Positions 25,430 through 38,850 of a DNA stretch of 64,000 bases are shown here, in pieces (within the stretch, counting starts at the first letter, position 1; each line of letters begins with the position of its first letter). Location: the NCBI RefSeq assembly GCF_009914755.1, contig NC_060934.1; one strand, written 5' to 3'. The stretch is from the human T2T-CHM13v2.0 reference genome, Homo sapiens. The notes under the pieces were generated by a model. The model saw only the letters and a list, made by a program, of their open reading frames with translations, did not search any database and was not told the DNA's origin. The position numbers were made by a program, and so were the translations under genes.

Positions 25430-26130
25430 CGTGTGGAGGGAAGCCCGGGGCCTGGCGGCAGAGGAGCAGCCGCGGCCGCGCTGTGCACCCAGGAACCTGT
25501 CCTTCAGGAAGGAGGCGGCGGTAGAAATTAATCTGCTCAGATTTTCCAACTAATGAAGTATTCCCAGGACCGAAGGGGCCACACAGAGACGTCTGCGGCG
25601 CTGCTTCCCATTCGCGCAGATGCACACGGATTCCGGGCCCAGCGCTAACTCGGATGTGTTTTCCAGCTCCGTTTATTGTCTTCCATAATGCTTAACGTAC
25701 TGTTTGTATATGTTGTCCTTGCACTATATTTTGATATGCTCTCATATATTTTATTCATCTCTGGCTTTCTACGAAGGCAAGCTCGCAGCAACACTGAGAA
25801 TAATTATTCTCCGCCATCAATCAAGAGTCTCCGTGGTTGGCTCCTCATGGGATGGCCTTGATTTTAAGCATGAAATGTAACTCTTGCTCTTTGGGGCCAT
25901 TTCATTCTTTGTTCCTGGGGCCTGCCTGTGGGCTCGTCGGGACACTAGAGAGCAGGCATTCCCGTGGCCGCGGGAGAGCCGCGTTCCTGGCTGGCCATTC
26001 CCGGGCCCTCTAGAAGGGAGCGGCTGAGAGCTCTTTAGCCCTACTTGGGGTTTAAAAGTGAAAAAGGAGCAGCTCTTCCTGGTGGAAATTGCGAGCAGAG
26101 GCTGCGTGAGTTCCGTAACTCGCACACAGC
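25430..26130. promoter_or_regulatory. CpG-rich patches (possible weak/orphan CpG island)
   Basis: About 20 CpGs in 25430-25670 by hand count (ccgcggccgcg, gcggcgg, ttcgcgc), plus a second patch at ~25930-26125. Confidence 0.45.
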
Positions 26131-27394
26131 CTCCATTTGGAGCCAGAATGAGCACGTGAGGGACCCCGGGCAGAGGGGTCAGTGCTGACATTATGCTCCA
26201 TGCAACCTCCCATCCTGTTGTGGGAGATGGTGCAGACCAGGGGAGGGAGTCAGTGTGTGAGGGGATGAGGCTCCAGTCCTTTCCTGGGCACCAAAGCCAA
26301 ATCCCCCCTGAGCACAAGGATCTTCCCTGGGTGACTGCAGAAGCAAGGAGACCTGGCCCACCGTCCCTGCTGGCTTCCTACTGCCCAGCCGCGTCTCTGC
26401 CTCCCTACCCCAAAGCCTGCAGCTCCTAAGTGCACTATTTGGGCTGTCTTGTTTGCAGCGGATGTTTGAAAGACAGACCCTCTTCTCTAGTGCTGGCCTT
26501 GAGTCCTCAGAGAGCTGCTGTTTCCTGGGTTTCTAGCTCCATGGAGGCAGAAAGAGACCCCAGGGTGGCCTTTGGAGGAAGATGAGCCCCCTGGGTTAAC
26601 CGAGCTTCTGCAGTGGTGCTCCTGGGTCATCACTGTTGCCACTGGTCAGAGCCAGAGTGTGTCTGCCTGTGCTCTCCTGAACACAGTGGAGCTATTTCCA
26701 AGTTCAGGTGAAGGGGACATGGAGGTTAAGCAAGGCCAGAAAGACAGAGACGTCCTCTTCCCCTGGTAGCAGGTATTTAGCAGATGGGAAAATATTAGCA
26801 GATGGGAAATCAGCAGATACACTCAGCTCAAGATGCAAATTTAAAAGCCGCCAGCCCCTGTACTAAATATTTACACTGAACATCTCTACTCCATCATCCG
26901 TCTTTTATTTTTGTGAGCCCGTACAACTGCTCTTATTACAAAGTCATGTAAAAGTTGAGGAAAGAAAATTTCACCCTTGGAAACAAATTCATGATGAATT
27001 AAATTTCAGCATGAAAATAGAAAAAAAAAATTCAAATTTCTGTTGACTTTTGGGCTTATGTCCTGAAAGAGTTAACATACATTCTTCCATACATAACTTA
27101 TTCACGTAAATTAAATGGTACACCCCCAAAACTTGTTTCCCTAAGCTGATATTGAAACTTCCATTATTGAACAGTTTTTAAAAATGCAATTCTAATCCCT
27201 TTTTAAGTTTCAATACCAAAAAAAAAAAAAAAAAAAACACTCCTGAGCCTCCAAAAGCCACCCTCTTCACAGACCACAAGGGCCAGATCTGCCACGTGGT
27301 TTTTGTGGACAGATTCTTTCTCTCCACATTAAAATCCTAACTGCCACGTCACACCCGCATAGAACCTCAGTAACACCTTGACGTGTTTTCTCGC

Positions 27395-27546
27395 TTAGTC
27401 CTCCAGAGGCCTGTGAGGCCAGGCCTGTTACATCCACTTTACAACAGGGAGACTGAGGCTGGGATATAAAACTCACCAAGGCCCATAGATGCTTGTCATC
27501 AGAAGGGCTTGAATCCGGCTTTTTTTGACTCCAAGTCTCTCGTGCT
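27395..27546 (-). mobile_element. MIR fragment
   Basis: MIR core catccactttacaacaggggagactgaggct...caaggcccatag...ttgaatcc...tgactccaag. Confidence 0.7.
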
Positions 27547-27634
27547 GTCAGCCGTATCCAGGGATTGAACTGGATACTTTCAAAGGGACTCTCAATCTAT
27601 AAAATTCAACAATTGCCATTTTATACGCCAGTGG

Positions 27635-27850
27635 ATTCATTTATTCCTCCAACAAGCATTTGCAAGCCTGCCATGGGCCAGGCACTGTTCTGGGGTCTGG
27701 GGATATAACCATGAAGTCCCTGCCCCAGTGGGGTTTACATTCTAGTGGAGAAGATAATGAAGAAGAAAGTCCATAATAACATTTCACATCATGGCTCTGC
27801 TATGAAGAGAGCACAGGCAGTGGGGTTTAGGTCAGACTGGGAAGTGCCTC
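27635..27850 (-). mobile_element. L2 3' fragment
   Basis: attcatttattcctccaacaagcatttg...ccaggcactgttctgggg...ccctgcccc...ttacattctagtgg. Confidence 0.75.
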
Positions 27851-29039
27851 GTAATCTACTATCTTGCAAGTTTTAAGATGGGATCGAATTTAGAAACAGA
27901 AGGCCGATAGCAGATGACAAAATCTGCCCTTCTTCAAAGGTGCCCTTCATCCCCAGAATGAATGGCCCCTGCCTGCGTGGACTTGGTCACCCCAATTCAA
28001 ACTCAGCGTACTCAGTGCCATTGCCCTGGTGATTTTTTTCACACTCAAAAATTGGACGAGAGCACAAGGCTTGCCCACATTGTCACCACAGAAAGACGCT
28101 ACGCTGGTGCATGAGGAAGTTACCCAAGTTACAGGCCCTGATTAATTTCACTCTGTTACTTATATTAGAGTGTGGTTACCTTAGCAACTGCAGAGTGGGT
28201 TGCTGTGGTGTCTGCATTCGACAGCCTGAGCTTTGAAAGCCCGCAGGGTGGGATGTCAGAAGGGCAGGCACATCTGGCCCAGAAGATAGTGGTGATCCCT
28301 CGGGCCATCTTCAGCTCGCCAGGGTCCTTAGTTGGTTCAACTGTCCGTCACGGTGTCCTGCTGCTCCTGCTCACCTCTCCCATGCAGCTGGCTGCATTGT
28401 ACCTCACCTCCAGCACCACTCTGCCTCCACACCTGCCCTCCCAGTCCTGCCAGGGCAGGGCCTCCTCCCTTTTGTCCTCCTGCTGGGCTCCAGGCTCCTG
28501 AGAAGCAAAGCAGTGTCTCCCTTGGTCACTGCCCCCAGGCGCCAGCCAACGGCCAGCACTGCACAGGCATGGCAGGCCCTTGATAGGCAGCGATGCTAAA
28601 TGGGGTAGCTCTGTTTGTTCCAATCACCTTTAAAATGCTGTTTTATAGACAGTATTTGATAGGCTTATTTCAGCTGATTTCTAGACCTAATTTTTAAAAG
28701 CAATTATTAATCTATTTCCCAATGACTTTGATTGTAACTTGAAAACCAAAATCTAATAAGAAACATTTTGAGAAGACAGTGAAGTTCAAGGTCAGGCATC
28801 ATAAATGGAGAAGTGAGGAGCCCTAAACCACTGGCCGTGCCTCGTCAGCTCTGAGCTCCTCATTCCCACCTTTCCTCCTCGTTCAGCTTTATCCTTCTCT
28901 TCCTTCCATCAGACCAGAACAGTTTTCCCAATGGCAAAAACATATTTTCATTCTAATAACACTGAGACATGACTGCCCTTTCTCCTTTCTGTCTGTATCT
29001 ACATTTAAGTTACACGTAGTTACATTTGAATAAAACAGA

Positions 29040-30670
29040 TTTGAAAGATTATGTCATAAACCTGGTACCAAAACCTAACCAAGATATTGAGAAAAAAGAT
29101 ATGTCAATATTTTTATGTACAGAAATGAAAAAAATATTTTACAAAATATTAGCAAAGGAAATCAAATCAAGCAATGAACAAGTGGGTTTATCCCAGGAAT
29201 GCAAGGTTTGTTTAGGGTCTGGAAATCAGTCAATGTAATTTGACACATTAACAGAATAATAAAGGAGAAAAAAACAATCATCTCAGTAGATGTAGAAAAA
29301 ATATTTGATGAAATTCAACACTCCTTTATTATAATTTCTCAGCAAACTGTAAATGGAAACTACCCTAATCTGATAAAAGTCACCTGTGAAAAGTCCACAG
29401 ATAGTATACTTAATGGTGAAACATTGCCGTGCTTTTCCTCTGAGATGGGGGCACAGCCAGTGTGCCTGCTCTCCTCACTTCCGTTTAACATTGTACCTGA
29501 CATGCCAGGCTGCGCAATGAAACAAGTAAACCAAAATTCATAATGTTGGGGAAAGGAAAAAGTAAAACTGCTACTATTTGCAGATGACTTGATTGTTTAC
29601 ATAAAAATGTGAATGAATCAACAAGGGAAAAACTAAGTATATTTAGCCAGGTCATGGGATATAATACCAATATGCAAAAACCAACGGCATTTCTATTTAC
29701 TGTCAACAAACAACTGGAAATATAGAAAATTTTAAAGCAGCACTGTTTATAATAGCATAAAAACCAAAATGCTTAGCAAGGGATGTAATACATGATGTGT
29801 AAGACCTCTGTACTGAGACCCACAAAACCTTCCTTAGAGAAGTTGAAGAAAACACAAATGGAGAGATAAACAATGTTCATGGATTGGAAAGTCAATCTTA
29901 TTAAGTGGTCATTTCTTCCCCAAATTAACCTAAAATTTCAAAGCAGTTCCAGTCACAATCCCAGCAGGCTTTTATAGGTACTGACAAAAAAATTAAAAGC
30001 CGCCTCTGAAAATGCGAAGAACTGAGAGGAGTGAAGCAAGCTTGGAAAAGAACAAATTCAGAATACCTTGGCAAACCGTATTTATAATAACCAAAAATGA
30101 GAAACAACTGAACGGCACCCAACAGAAGAATGGATAAACAATCTTGTTATGTTCATACGATGGAATACTACTCAACTAAAAAGAAATGAGCTATGTATGT
30201 ATGCAACAACATAGATGAATTTCATAGGCGTTATGCTGAGTGAAAGAAGCTAAACACAGAGGTACAAACGCTTTTCACTTCATCGCATTTCATTTATGTG
30301 ATGTTCTGGAAGATGCCTAGCTGATCCATGATGAAACAAAATTCAGAAGGTTAGTCGCCCAGGGTGGAGTGAGGTGGATTGAACTAGGAAGAATCGTGAA
30401 GGAACTTCCTGGGGTGATGGAAAATTGATGCTCGATGGGTATATAGGTTAAATGAATGTATCATTTGTCAAACATATACAATTAAGATTTGTGCATTTCA
30501 AAGCATGTAAACATTTTGAAAGAAGTAGTAATGGGGGCAGGAAGCATAAATGAAGCAGGGTTGGCAAAATGTTGATGGTGTGGAAGCCGGATTAAAAGTG
30601 TCTGAGGCTCATTATACTATTCTGTTTATTTTCTATATGCTGGCAATCCTCCATGGTAAAAGATTGCTTT
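29040..30670 (+). mobile_element. Ancient L1M (MD/ME-like): RT region to 3'UTR with an internal deletion near 30065
   Basis: ORF 29026..29238 (INLVPKPNQDIEKK...KILAKEIK...EQVG) resembles the start of the L1 RT domain. DNA motifs atctcagtagatgtagaaaaa, ctatttgcagatgacttgatt, aatgttcatggattggaa, gatggaatactactca. Confidence 0.85.
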
Positions 30671-33411
30671 TTAATTTAGCACATAAAAAAGGAAATAATG
30701 CAACATAAAACATTTTAATCAGATCTCACTTTAAGTTAAAAACTTGAAAAAATGCGTTTTGCCAAAAGTATTTAATTTTCAAAGTCAGCTTCCTGTGTGG
30801 TCAGTATCTTTGGGCTTTTGTCCTTGGGGTGTCCCTCGGTTGGTGAAGGGCAGCATTGTGTCTGCTTCCTTTGTAAGGAATCTCTGAACTGAGATGGTGT
30901 CGGGAAATGATTTGGGGATAGACGTGCTGCTTCTTTACAACCATTGTTACTTGACGTCTTTCCAGTATTTGTTAAAGGGCGTGGCAAACACTAGTGCCGC
31001 ACGTGTCACCAATGGTCACCAGCTCCAGAAGGCAAGTAAGATGTGAGCAAATTCCATGAACACCAGATGGCTTCAAGGGGCTTCCAGGTAATTTGAAGGA
31101 AAAAAAGTTTAAGGACAGAAGATGATGCTGAAAAAATAAAATCAGCTCTAAAGTAAGTATATCTTTCAGTTCCCCATCCCAAAAATAGATGATAGGCAAG
31201 AAAAATGGGATAAATGTTGACTGTGTTGAACACCACTGCAGGGATGCTGTTAACAACAGCAGTTATAGACTATCAAGTTTGAGGCTCATTGCTGTCCCCA
31301 CCTGCTATGCCACACATTATCCCCCTTTGCATTGTCAGTCACTGCCTGTGAGCCATGTGGATGTGGTCAGTCTTGAGGAGCCCCCACGGCCCTGCACGAT
31401 GCAGTGGGCTTGGTGGAGAATGCCCCCCAGAGCTGCCTGCAGCCCCACGGCTGCTCCAGGCCCAGCCTCTGCTCAGCAGGTTTCTGACTTCAGTAAATGG
31501 TTTCATATCCTCCCTCTTTTATGTAGTTGGTGAATTTAAAATGGGCACCATATGGTCTTTTTTGTAACCTCAAGAAGGGTTCTCTGGGTTTACAGTAATG
31601 ACACATCTAGCATTAGATTGAACCATTTTTACTTTTATTTTTAACTAAACAGGCCTTCCTTTGGAATTTTTGCATATACAATGCTATTTCCAGAATTGAA
31701 CCCTAACATTAGTACAATTCCATAGGGCAAAGGTATCCTGACAGTGTGGCATTATAGCAATAGTAATTTTTTATATTATTGGCAATAATATTTTATGTAA
31801 AAGTTTTAACATTTACAAAATGCTAGTATATCTATTATCCAAATATATCATTTTGATGTCATTAATGAATTAACTAGTGATACATTGTGTGCTTTGTAGA
31901 TCAAATAACCCCTCTTAAATATCAGTTTATGGAGGGAAACCATGAAGAACCACCAGGAAAATTAGAGTGCTTGAAAGACATTTGGACAGGCCAGCTTCTG
32001 CCATCCAAGGCCAGCCTGTGTTTGTGGGCATGTGAGAGGCCCCCTGATGAAACTTGGGATAGGAAGCAGCTCTGACCCCTTAACCTCAAGCAGGCAGGGG
32101 GAGAGACCCAGACGAGGACTTAGGCTGCAGGGGTGCTCTGAGCACGACTGCCAAATGCCAGGCAGCAAAGCAGGCTTCACAGATCGTGCCTCTTTAGAAA
32201 CCACCTATCAAGCCCCATGGGAGCAGAAACCTGCCCTGAGCGGCACTGATCTCTGTGTCCCACCTGGGTGTGGAGTTGCCTGGGTATGTGGTACTCAGGA
32301 GGCCTTTAGGCGGCCGCAGCTGCAGACTGGACAGACAGCTTTGTCCAGGGCGGGCTTCTCTTCACCTGCCTCAGCTCCACAAGGGCAGACAAGCCAACTG
32401 GATGGAGTCCCTGGGGCTGGGACCTGCAGCCCAGCTGGGAAGCAGACTTGCCAACAGCTGATACCAGCACGCTGGGCTTGTGTGGTCTCCAGCATGTGCA
32501 ATAACCAGGACAGAGAAAATTCAGTTCATACTCACGTGGGTGAGACGCAGCTCACCGCTAAGACTGATGCCCAAGCAGACAGGCCACACAAGTTAGTTCA
32601 GCTTCAGAACTTCGACGACTGCATCCTCTCTGCAGAAACTGTAAGCGGTTTTAATTATGTTTAAGGCAGATCAAACTTATTTCAGAAAAGTATTAGCTCA
32701 AGACTAGGCATAGATTCCCTAGAGAGCTGCTGGCTTCAGCTCCTCCTTTCCAACAGAGCTGCTTTTTTATTATTTTTGCCATGATTCCTACTGTTTCTCT
32801 TTATTAATGCGATACTGAACTTTCCTCCAGAAAAGCAAGAGATCCTTAAGCCCGTTTCAACTCTATTGTTGATTTGTTTTTATAAATATGCAGCCACCCC
32901 AGCATGCTGGGAGAGCCTGATGTGCTCCACGAGGAGCCCCCAAAAGCCGAGGGGAACACAGGACACTTCCCCGAAGGCACAGGGGCCTGGTCCTGCCCCT
33001 GGGCCACTCCAGGTGGGTCAGAGGGAGGATGAGCCAGACAGGTGGCTTCTAGGGGTTCAGCCAGAGTCCGTGTGCCCATTCCCACTGGGAACATGTCTCC
33101 CAGGCCAAGCTGGGTGTGGAGTTGAATTAAGTAACAGCTCAAGCAGGGGTCAGGAGACCCCCGACCAAGGTCTGCCCCAAGGCTGGAGGGGAGGCAGAAG
33201 GGGGCTCTCCTCCCAGGTCCCCAAGGGTGGGGCCAGCGGGGGTAGGGGGAGGTGGCACAGAGGAATGGAAGATGGCCATGAAGCCTGCCCTGGTGGGCAC
33301 GAGGGGAATAGGGGTGATCTCAGGACATGAAGGTTTTCTGTGTAGCATTTAGTGAGTTCGAGGTGTATACCCCTGTGTAACCAACACCCCAGTCAAGGTA
33401 GAGACCTTTTC

Positions 33412-33810
33412 TCGAACAGGTATTTGCACACCCATGTTCATAGTAGCATCATTCACAACAGCTAAGAGAAGGAGACAACACAAAATGTCCTTGGATAGAT
33501 GAATAGATAAACAGTGTGGCACATCCACACAATGGAATATTCACCCTTACAGATGAAGGAAATGCACACACATGCTACAACACGGATGAACCTTGAAGAC
33601 GCTAGGCTCAGTGGTATCAGCCAGACAGAAAAGAACACAGAACGTGTGGTTGTCCTTACATTCGACACATAGGATTGTCAGATTCATGGAGACACACAGT
33701 AGAATAGTGGTTGCCAGGGGCTGCTGGAGAAGGAAGCAGGAAGCTAGGGTATAATGAGGACAGCATTTCAGATCAGGAAGATGAAAAAGTGCTGGAGACA
33801 GGTGGTGCCA
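33412..33810 (+). mobile_element. L1MB-like 3' fragment
   Basis: atttgcacacccatgttcatagtagca; acatgctacaacacggatgaaccttgaagac; gtagaatagtggttgccagggg. Confidence 0.8.
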
Positions 33811-34376
33811 TGTTTGAACTGCAGCTAACTGGAATCCCACCGTATACTGTCCTGAGTCAGGTTCCCTCGTCCAACAGAATGCTTTGAGATTCAGCCTTGT
33901 TGTCTGTTTCAAAAGTCCAAACATTTTTGATGGCTGATTAATATTCCATTTTAAGAGCATGCCACAGTTTCTTCATTCATTCTTTTGTTGATGGACGTTG
34001 AGTTGTTTCCGGCTCTTGGCTTTTATAAATCAAGTTGCTGTAGACATTCTTTCTCAGGCCTCTTTGTGGACAGGCATTTTGTCTCCCAGGTGCATGCATG
34101 GGAGGCGATGGCTGGGCAGCTGTACATCCACCTTTAGAGACACTATCGGGTTTCCAAAGCGGCTGCACCATTTTACACACCCACCAGCCAGGTATGTTGC
34201 CCATCATCCTCAACAGCATTCAAGGTTGCTATTCCTTTTTATTTCAGCCCTGGTGGGTGTGAAGGGTGGTCTCGTGGTGGTTTTATTGTGCATTCCCTGG
34301 ATGACTGATGGTGTGGAGCACTTCCTGGCTTTTGCACATCTTGGTGATGTGGTTGTTTGCTCCCTTGCTCATTTTT

Positions 34377-34517
34377 CTCTTTCTTTTCTTTTCTTTTTTT
34401 TCATAGAGAGGGTTTTCATGTTGTCCAGGCTGGTCTGGAACTCCTGAGCTCAAGCAACCTGCCCACCTCAGCCTCCCAAAGTGCTGGGATTACAGGTGTG
34501 CATCACTGTGCCCGGCC
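34377..34517 (-). mobile_element. FLAM-C / free left Alu monomer
   Basis: Single antisense Alu arm with a T-rich tail. 14-bp TSD ccttgctcattttt at 34363-34376 and 34522-34535. Confidence 0.85.
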
Positions 34518-34859
34518 CCCACCTTGCTCATTTTTATACTGTGACCTCCTTATTGAGTTGTAGGAGTTCTGTATATTCAAGAAACAAGCCCTCTGTCAGT
34601 TCTACATGTTAGGAATATTTTCTCCTAATCCATGGCTTTTCATTTTCTTAGTAGAGACTTCTTTTAAGCAGCAAGGGATTGATTATAGGGTATTAAGTAG
34701 CTTCAGGATGTTTGGAAGGAAGTTTAAAAGGCTGAGCTCTCAGGAACAACTTCCAGATGTGGACAGCAGAGCTGGCCCGGAGGCAGGGTGGTTGCCACAC
34801 AGCTGCCTCCAGAATCACTCTGCTTCTGTCATAGTCAAGAAGCCTCCCCTGTCTTTTGT

Positions 34860-36290
34860 GTTTTTAAACTTTTTATTCTGACATAATTTTAGACGTAAAA
34901 AAAGAATTCCAAAGATAGTACAGAGGGTTCCCATACGCCTTGACCCAGCTTGACCCCCATAACATCAGCCTCTTATGTAACCATAGTAGAATCGTCAAAA
35001 CTAAGAACTTAACAACAATTCAACACTGGTAACTGAACTATAGACTTTATTAGGAGTGCACCAGTTTCTCCACAAACATTGGTTTTCTATTCCAGGATCC
35101 ATTCCAAGATACCATATTGCATTTAGCCATCATAGCTCCTTAGTCTCCTCCAATCCATGATCATTTCCTAGATTTTCCTGTTCTTTCACGACTGACTCAA
35201 TTAATTTTTAATTATGTCCATGAAGCTCATAAACTTAAAAAAAATACCAACTAGTCCTAATAGTTTTAGATTACTTAGGATTTTCATCATATCTGATCAT
35301 GTCATCTGTGAAAAAATAATAGTTTTACTTTTTCCTCTCCCATCTTTATGTCTTTCTTTTTTTTTTTCTTGCCTTATTTCACTGGTTACCATCTCCAGTC
35401 AATGTTGAGTAGAAGTGGAAAGAATGGACATTCTTGCCATGTTCTGCATCTTATGGGAAAATCATCCAGGCTCTTGCCATTAAGCGTGATATTAGCTGTA
35501 GGTTTTTCATAGATGCCCTTCAGTTCATTGAGGAAGTTCTCTACCAGTCTTCATTTGCTGAGAGTTTTCAAAATGAATGAGTTTTCAAAATGAGCGAGTT
35601 GAATTTCACCATGAATGAGTTGAATGCTTTTTCTTTGTCTCTTGAGATGATTGTATGATTTTTCTCTTTACTCTGCTAATGTGACTTACAATTGATTTTC
35701 AAATATTAAAACAATCTTGAGTTCCTGGAGTAAACTCATTTGATCATGATTATATTTTATTTCTTACACATTATGGATTTGATTTGTGAAGGATTTTTGT
35801 TTCTGTTCAAGAATGATATTGGCCTATAATTTTTTTTGCTCTTTCATTATTCTCCAGCTTTGATGTTGGGTTTATGCTGGACTCATAAAATATATTGGGA
35901 ATTGTCACCTCTTCCTCTCTTCTCTGAAAGAATGTGTAAAATTGGTCTTACTTATTTCTCATATATTTGGTAGAATTTACCAGTGAAGCCTTTGGAGCCT
36001 GGAGTTTTCTTTTGGGGAGATCTTTAATCACAGATGCATTTTAAACAACAGATATGGGGCTGTTCACATTTTCTATTTATATTGTGTCTATTATAAAGTT
36101 ATGTATTTCCAGGAATTTATCCATTTCCTCTTTGCTGAATTTGTGGCATAATGAGGTTCACAATATCCCTTTACTCACCCCAATATCATTAGGATCTATA
36201 AATGTCTCCCTTTTAAAAAAAATTCTGATATTAGTATTTCATATTTCCTTCCTTTTTATTTGTTTGGGTCTGGATCAGTCATGCTAGATA
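34860..36290 (-). mobile_element. L1MC-like 3'UTR fragment followed by an antisense L1 ORF2 fragment
   Basis: gatagtacagagggttccca, ctattccaggatcc, attgcatttag; then attagctgtaggtttttcatagatgccctt and ttggtagaatttaccagtgaagcc. Confidence 0.8.
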
Positions 36291-36294
36291 TTAT

Positions 36295-36547
36295 ACTTTT
36301 CTTTTTATTTTTTTTCTTTTTTTGAGATGGTGTTTTGCTCTATCACCCAGGCTGCAGCTCCCACCTACCAGGTTCAAGTGATTCTCCTGCCTCAGCCTTC
36401 CAAGTAGCTGGGATTACAGGCACATGCCACCACACCCAGCTAATTCTTGTATTTTTAGTAGAGACGGGGTTTCACCATATTGGCCAGGCTGGTCTTGAAC
36501 TCCTGACCTCAGGTGATCTGCCTGCCTCGGCCTCCCAAAGTGCCAGG
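36295..36547 (-). mobile_element. AluS, 5'-truncated and internally deleted
   Basis: Antisense Alu that stops at cctcccaaagtgcc. TSD tagatattat at 36285-36294 and 36548-36557. Confidence 0.88.
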
Positions 36548-36556
36548 TAGATATTA

Positions 36557-38850
36557 TGGTTTTCTATTACTGCATAACCAACTATCCCAAAATGTAATCA
36601 CTTCAGGCAACAATGATTTGTTATTTCTCACATTTCCGTAGGTGAACTGGACATCTCTTCTGCTGGTTCCATCTGGGTTCACCCATGGGTGGGCCCCACT
36701 CTGCAAGAGGGTCCATAGGGCTGGACCGTCCAGGTTGGTCCCACTCACAGGTTTAGCCCTTTTCACTGTCTCTTGTAGCCTGCCATCCTTCTGTGGGTTA
36801 GATCTTCTTTCTTACATGGTGGTCTCAAGAAAGAATCCAAAAGGGCAAAGGCAGGAGCCCCAAGACCAGCTGAGGCCCAGGCTCTGAACGCACACAGCAT
36901 GACTTCTGCCACATTCTGTTATTGACCAAGGCAAAGTCACAAGGCCAGTCCTCATGTAATAGAGTTGAGAAATGTATGGGAGATGTGGCAGAGTTTCATT
37001 GCAAAGGGTCATGCCTTTTTCAAAGGAAGAATCTGTGGCCATGAAACAATTTATCACGTTCCACAATGTGGCCACAAATTATTTATTTCCTTCCCACATA
37101 CACCATATTCTTTCTCCCATTCCAGTATGGCTAAAAGTCTTATCCCAGTTAGGGCACTTAGCTCAAAGACCATAGTGCTGTGATCAACATCAGGTCCATC
37201 TGGACATGTACACAGGGCTCTTCTGGTGTGATTCTTCTTGATCCAGAAATCTGTGAACTAAAAAGCCATGTTACCCCACAACAGGGCCAGGATGACCACA
37301 ACAGTCACCCCCATCTGAAAGGAGAGGAACATGAGGCACAATGGAGGTCACTGGTTCTTACCAATCCTAAGCTTCAGAAGGGCCCAGGTATTCAGATCCC
37401 CCCACTCTAGAGGAAGAAGATATTCCTTGATTAAGGCACAGTTATGCTCTCAGGAGGGGCTTCCTAGTCCTTTTTTCTCTCCATTGTTCTCTTGTTCTAT
37501 TCTCCAAGGATCTTTTATTTTCCATCAGAAATGGCCCATGTTTGAAGATGAGCATCTTTTCCTGTTTCCAGCCCATAGGAAGCTGGAGGCCCAGAAGTGT
37601 CTTTTAATTTTGAATGATATCAGCCCCTTTTAGTGAAAGCTGGTGGTGCTCTTATTAATACATTTCTCTCAAAAATTTTATGAGTCTCCTATGAATCTTA
37701 TTGGAGCTTGAGGCTTCTCTATGCACCACCACCCCCACCCCACAAAAAAAGAACAACTGTAATTCCTTTCAAGACAGACCCCTCTTCACTTTGGATATGT
37801 CAGGCTCCTATGAGACAGTGCTCCATGGGTTCTTAGGAAGCCTCTTTCCCCTTGTTGAGAGGTTCCCTGAGGCACTGCCTTCAGTCTTTCTGAGGCCTCA
37901 GCAAAGGATCCCATGAGCAGACCCTCAAATTAGTCCTTTCTTTGAGGCCATTTCTTCCGTTAGGGATATTTTGCTGACTGTTGAAACCGAAAATGAGAAA
38001 TACTTCCATTTTTCAACGAACCAATCCTGACACTTTTCTGTTCCCTCTGAATTCTGCTTGCAAACTAAATGGATTTTGGGTTTGTTTTGGTTTTGGTTTG
38101 GTTTTTAGCCCATCTCTCTTTTCCTATATCTTTTCCTAATTGGCACTTTCAACACTCTACTAAGAAATGTTTTCATCCATATTTACAAATTATTTGGATA
38201 CATTTTCTATTTTCCAGGTTACTGCTGGCAATGGTCCTGCTGGTGTCTCTGTCCCTGCTTCATTCAGGTTGCTCTTCTCCAGCCTCCCATGGTCCCCTCC
38301 TCACGGCTCTCCCAGTGCTTCCTCAGCACCTTTCCAGCTTCCACCTGATGCCTGCTTTGAAAACCAGGTCAAAGTTTCAGGTTCGTGTTAGAACAGCACC
38401 CAACTTCCATTTCAGTAATGTGTCACTACATAACAGACCACCACGGTGCTTCAACGGTGATGCCTTGCTGTTTCTCCCAGTTCTGTGCTTGGCTGGGTAG
38501 TTCCTTACTCACGTGGTTCCTTCAGCTCGAGGGTTTGCTGGGTGGGAGGGTCCAGGATGGCCTGGCTCACCTGTCCAGCTGCTGCTTGCTGTCGATGGGG
38601 GCCCCACAGTTCCCTCCTGTATGGTTTCCATCCCCCAGGAGGCTTCCTTATGTTCTGGCCTCAGGGCTGTGCATCAAGAGGGTGGAGACAGGGGTGTGTT
38701 GGCTGGAGCTGGGCCCCCGAGCTCACACAGCTTCATTTCTGCCAGTTCCTACCGTTGGTCAAAGCAAGCCACAGGGCAGACACCTCCAAGGGAAGGGGAC
38801 GCAGTCCCCATGACAGTTACAGCAAAGTCACCTGCAAAGGGAGTATGAGA
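36557..38850 (-). mobile_element. MLT1-type MaLR provirus: LTR - internal - LTR
   Basis: Two homologous LTRs share cacacagc..ttctgcca....caa.gcaa...cac..ggc (starting 36891 and 38724). The internal region ends in acagcacccaacttccatttc (38393-38413), resembling the antisense start of MaLR internal sequence. Confidence 0.65.

Larger units (their letters stand above)
33345..34650 (-). mobile_element. Ancient L1M (MC/ME-like), antisense, hosting an L1MB piece and a FLAM
   Basis: tgtgtaaccaacaccccagtcaagg; ttgatggacgttgagttgtttcc; ttccaaagcggctgcaccattttacac; gatgactgatggtgtggagca. Confidence 0.7.
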
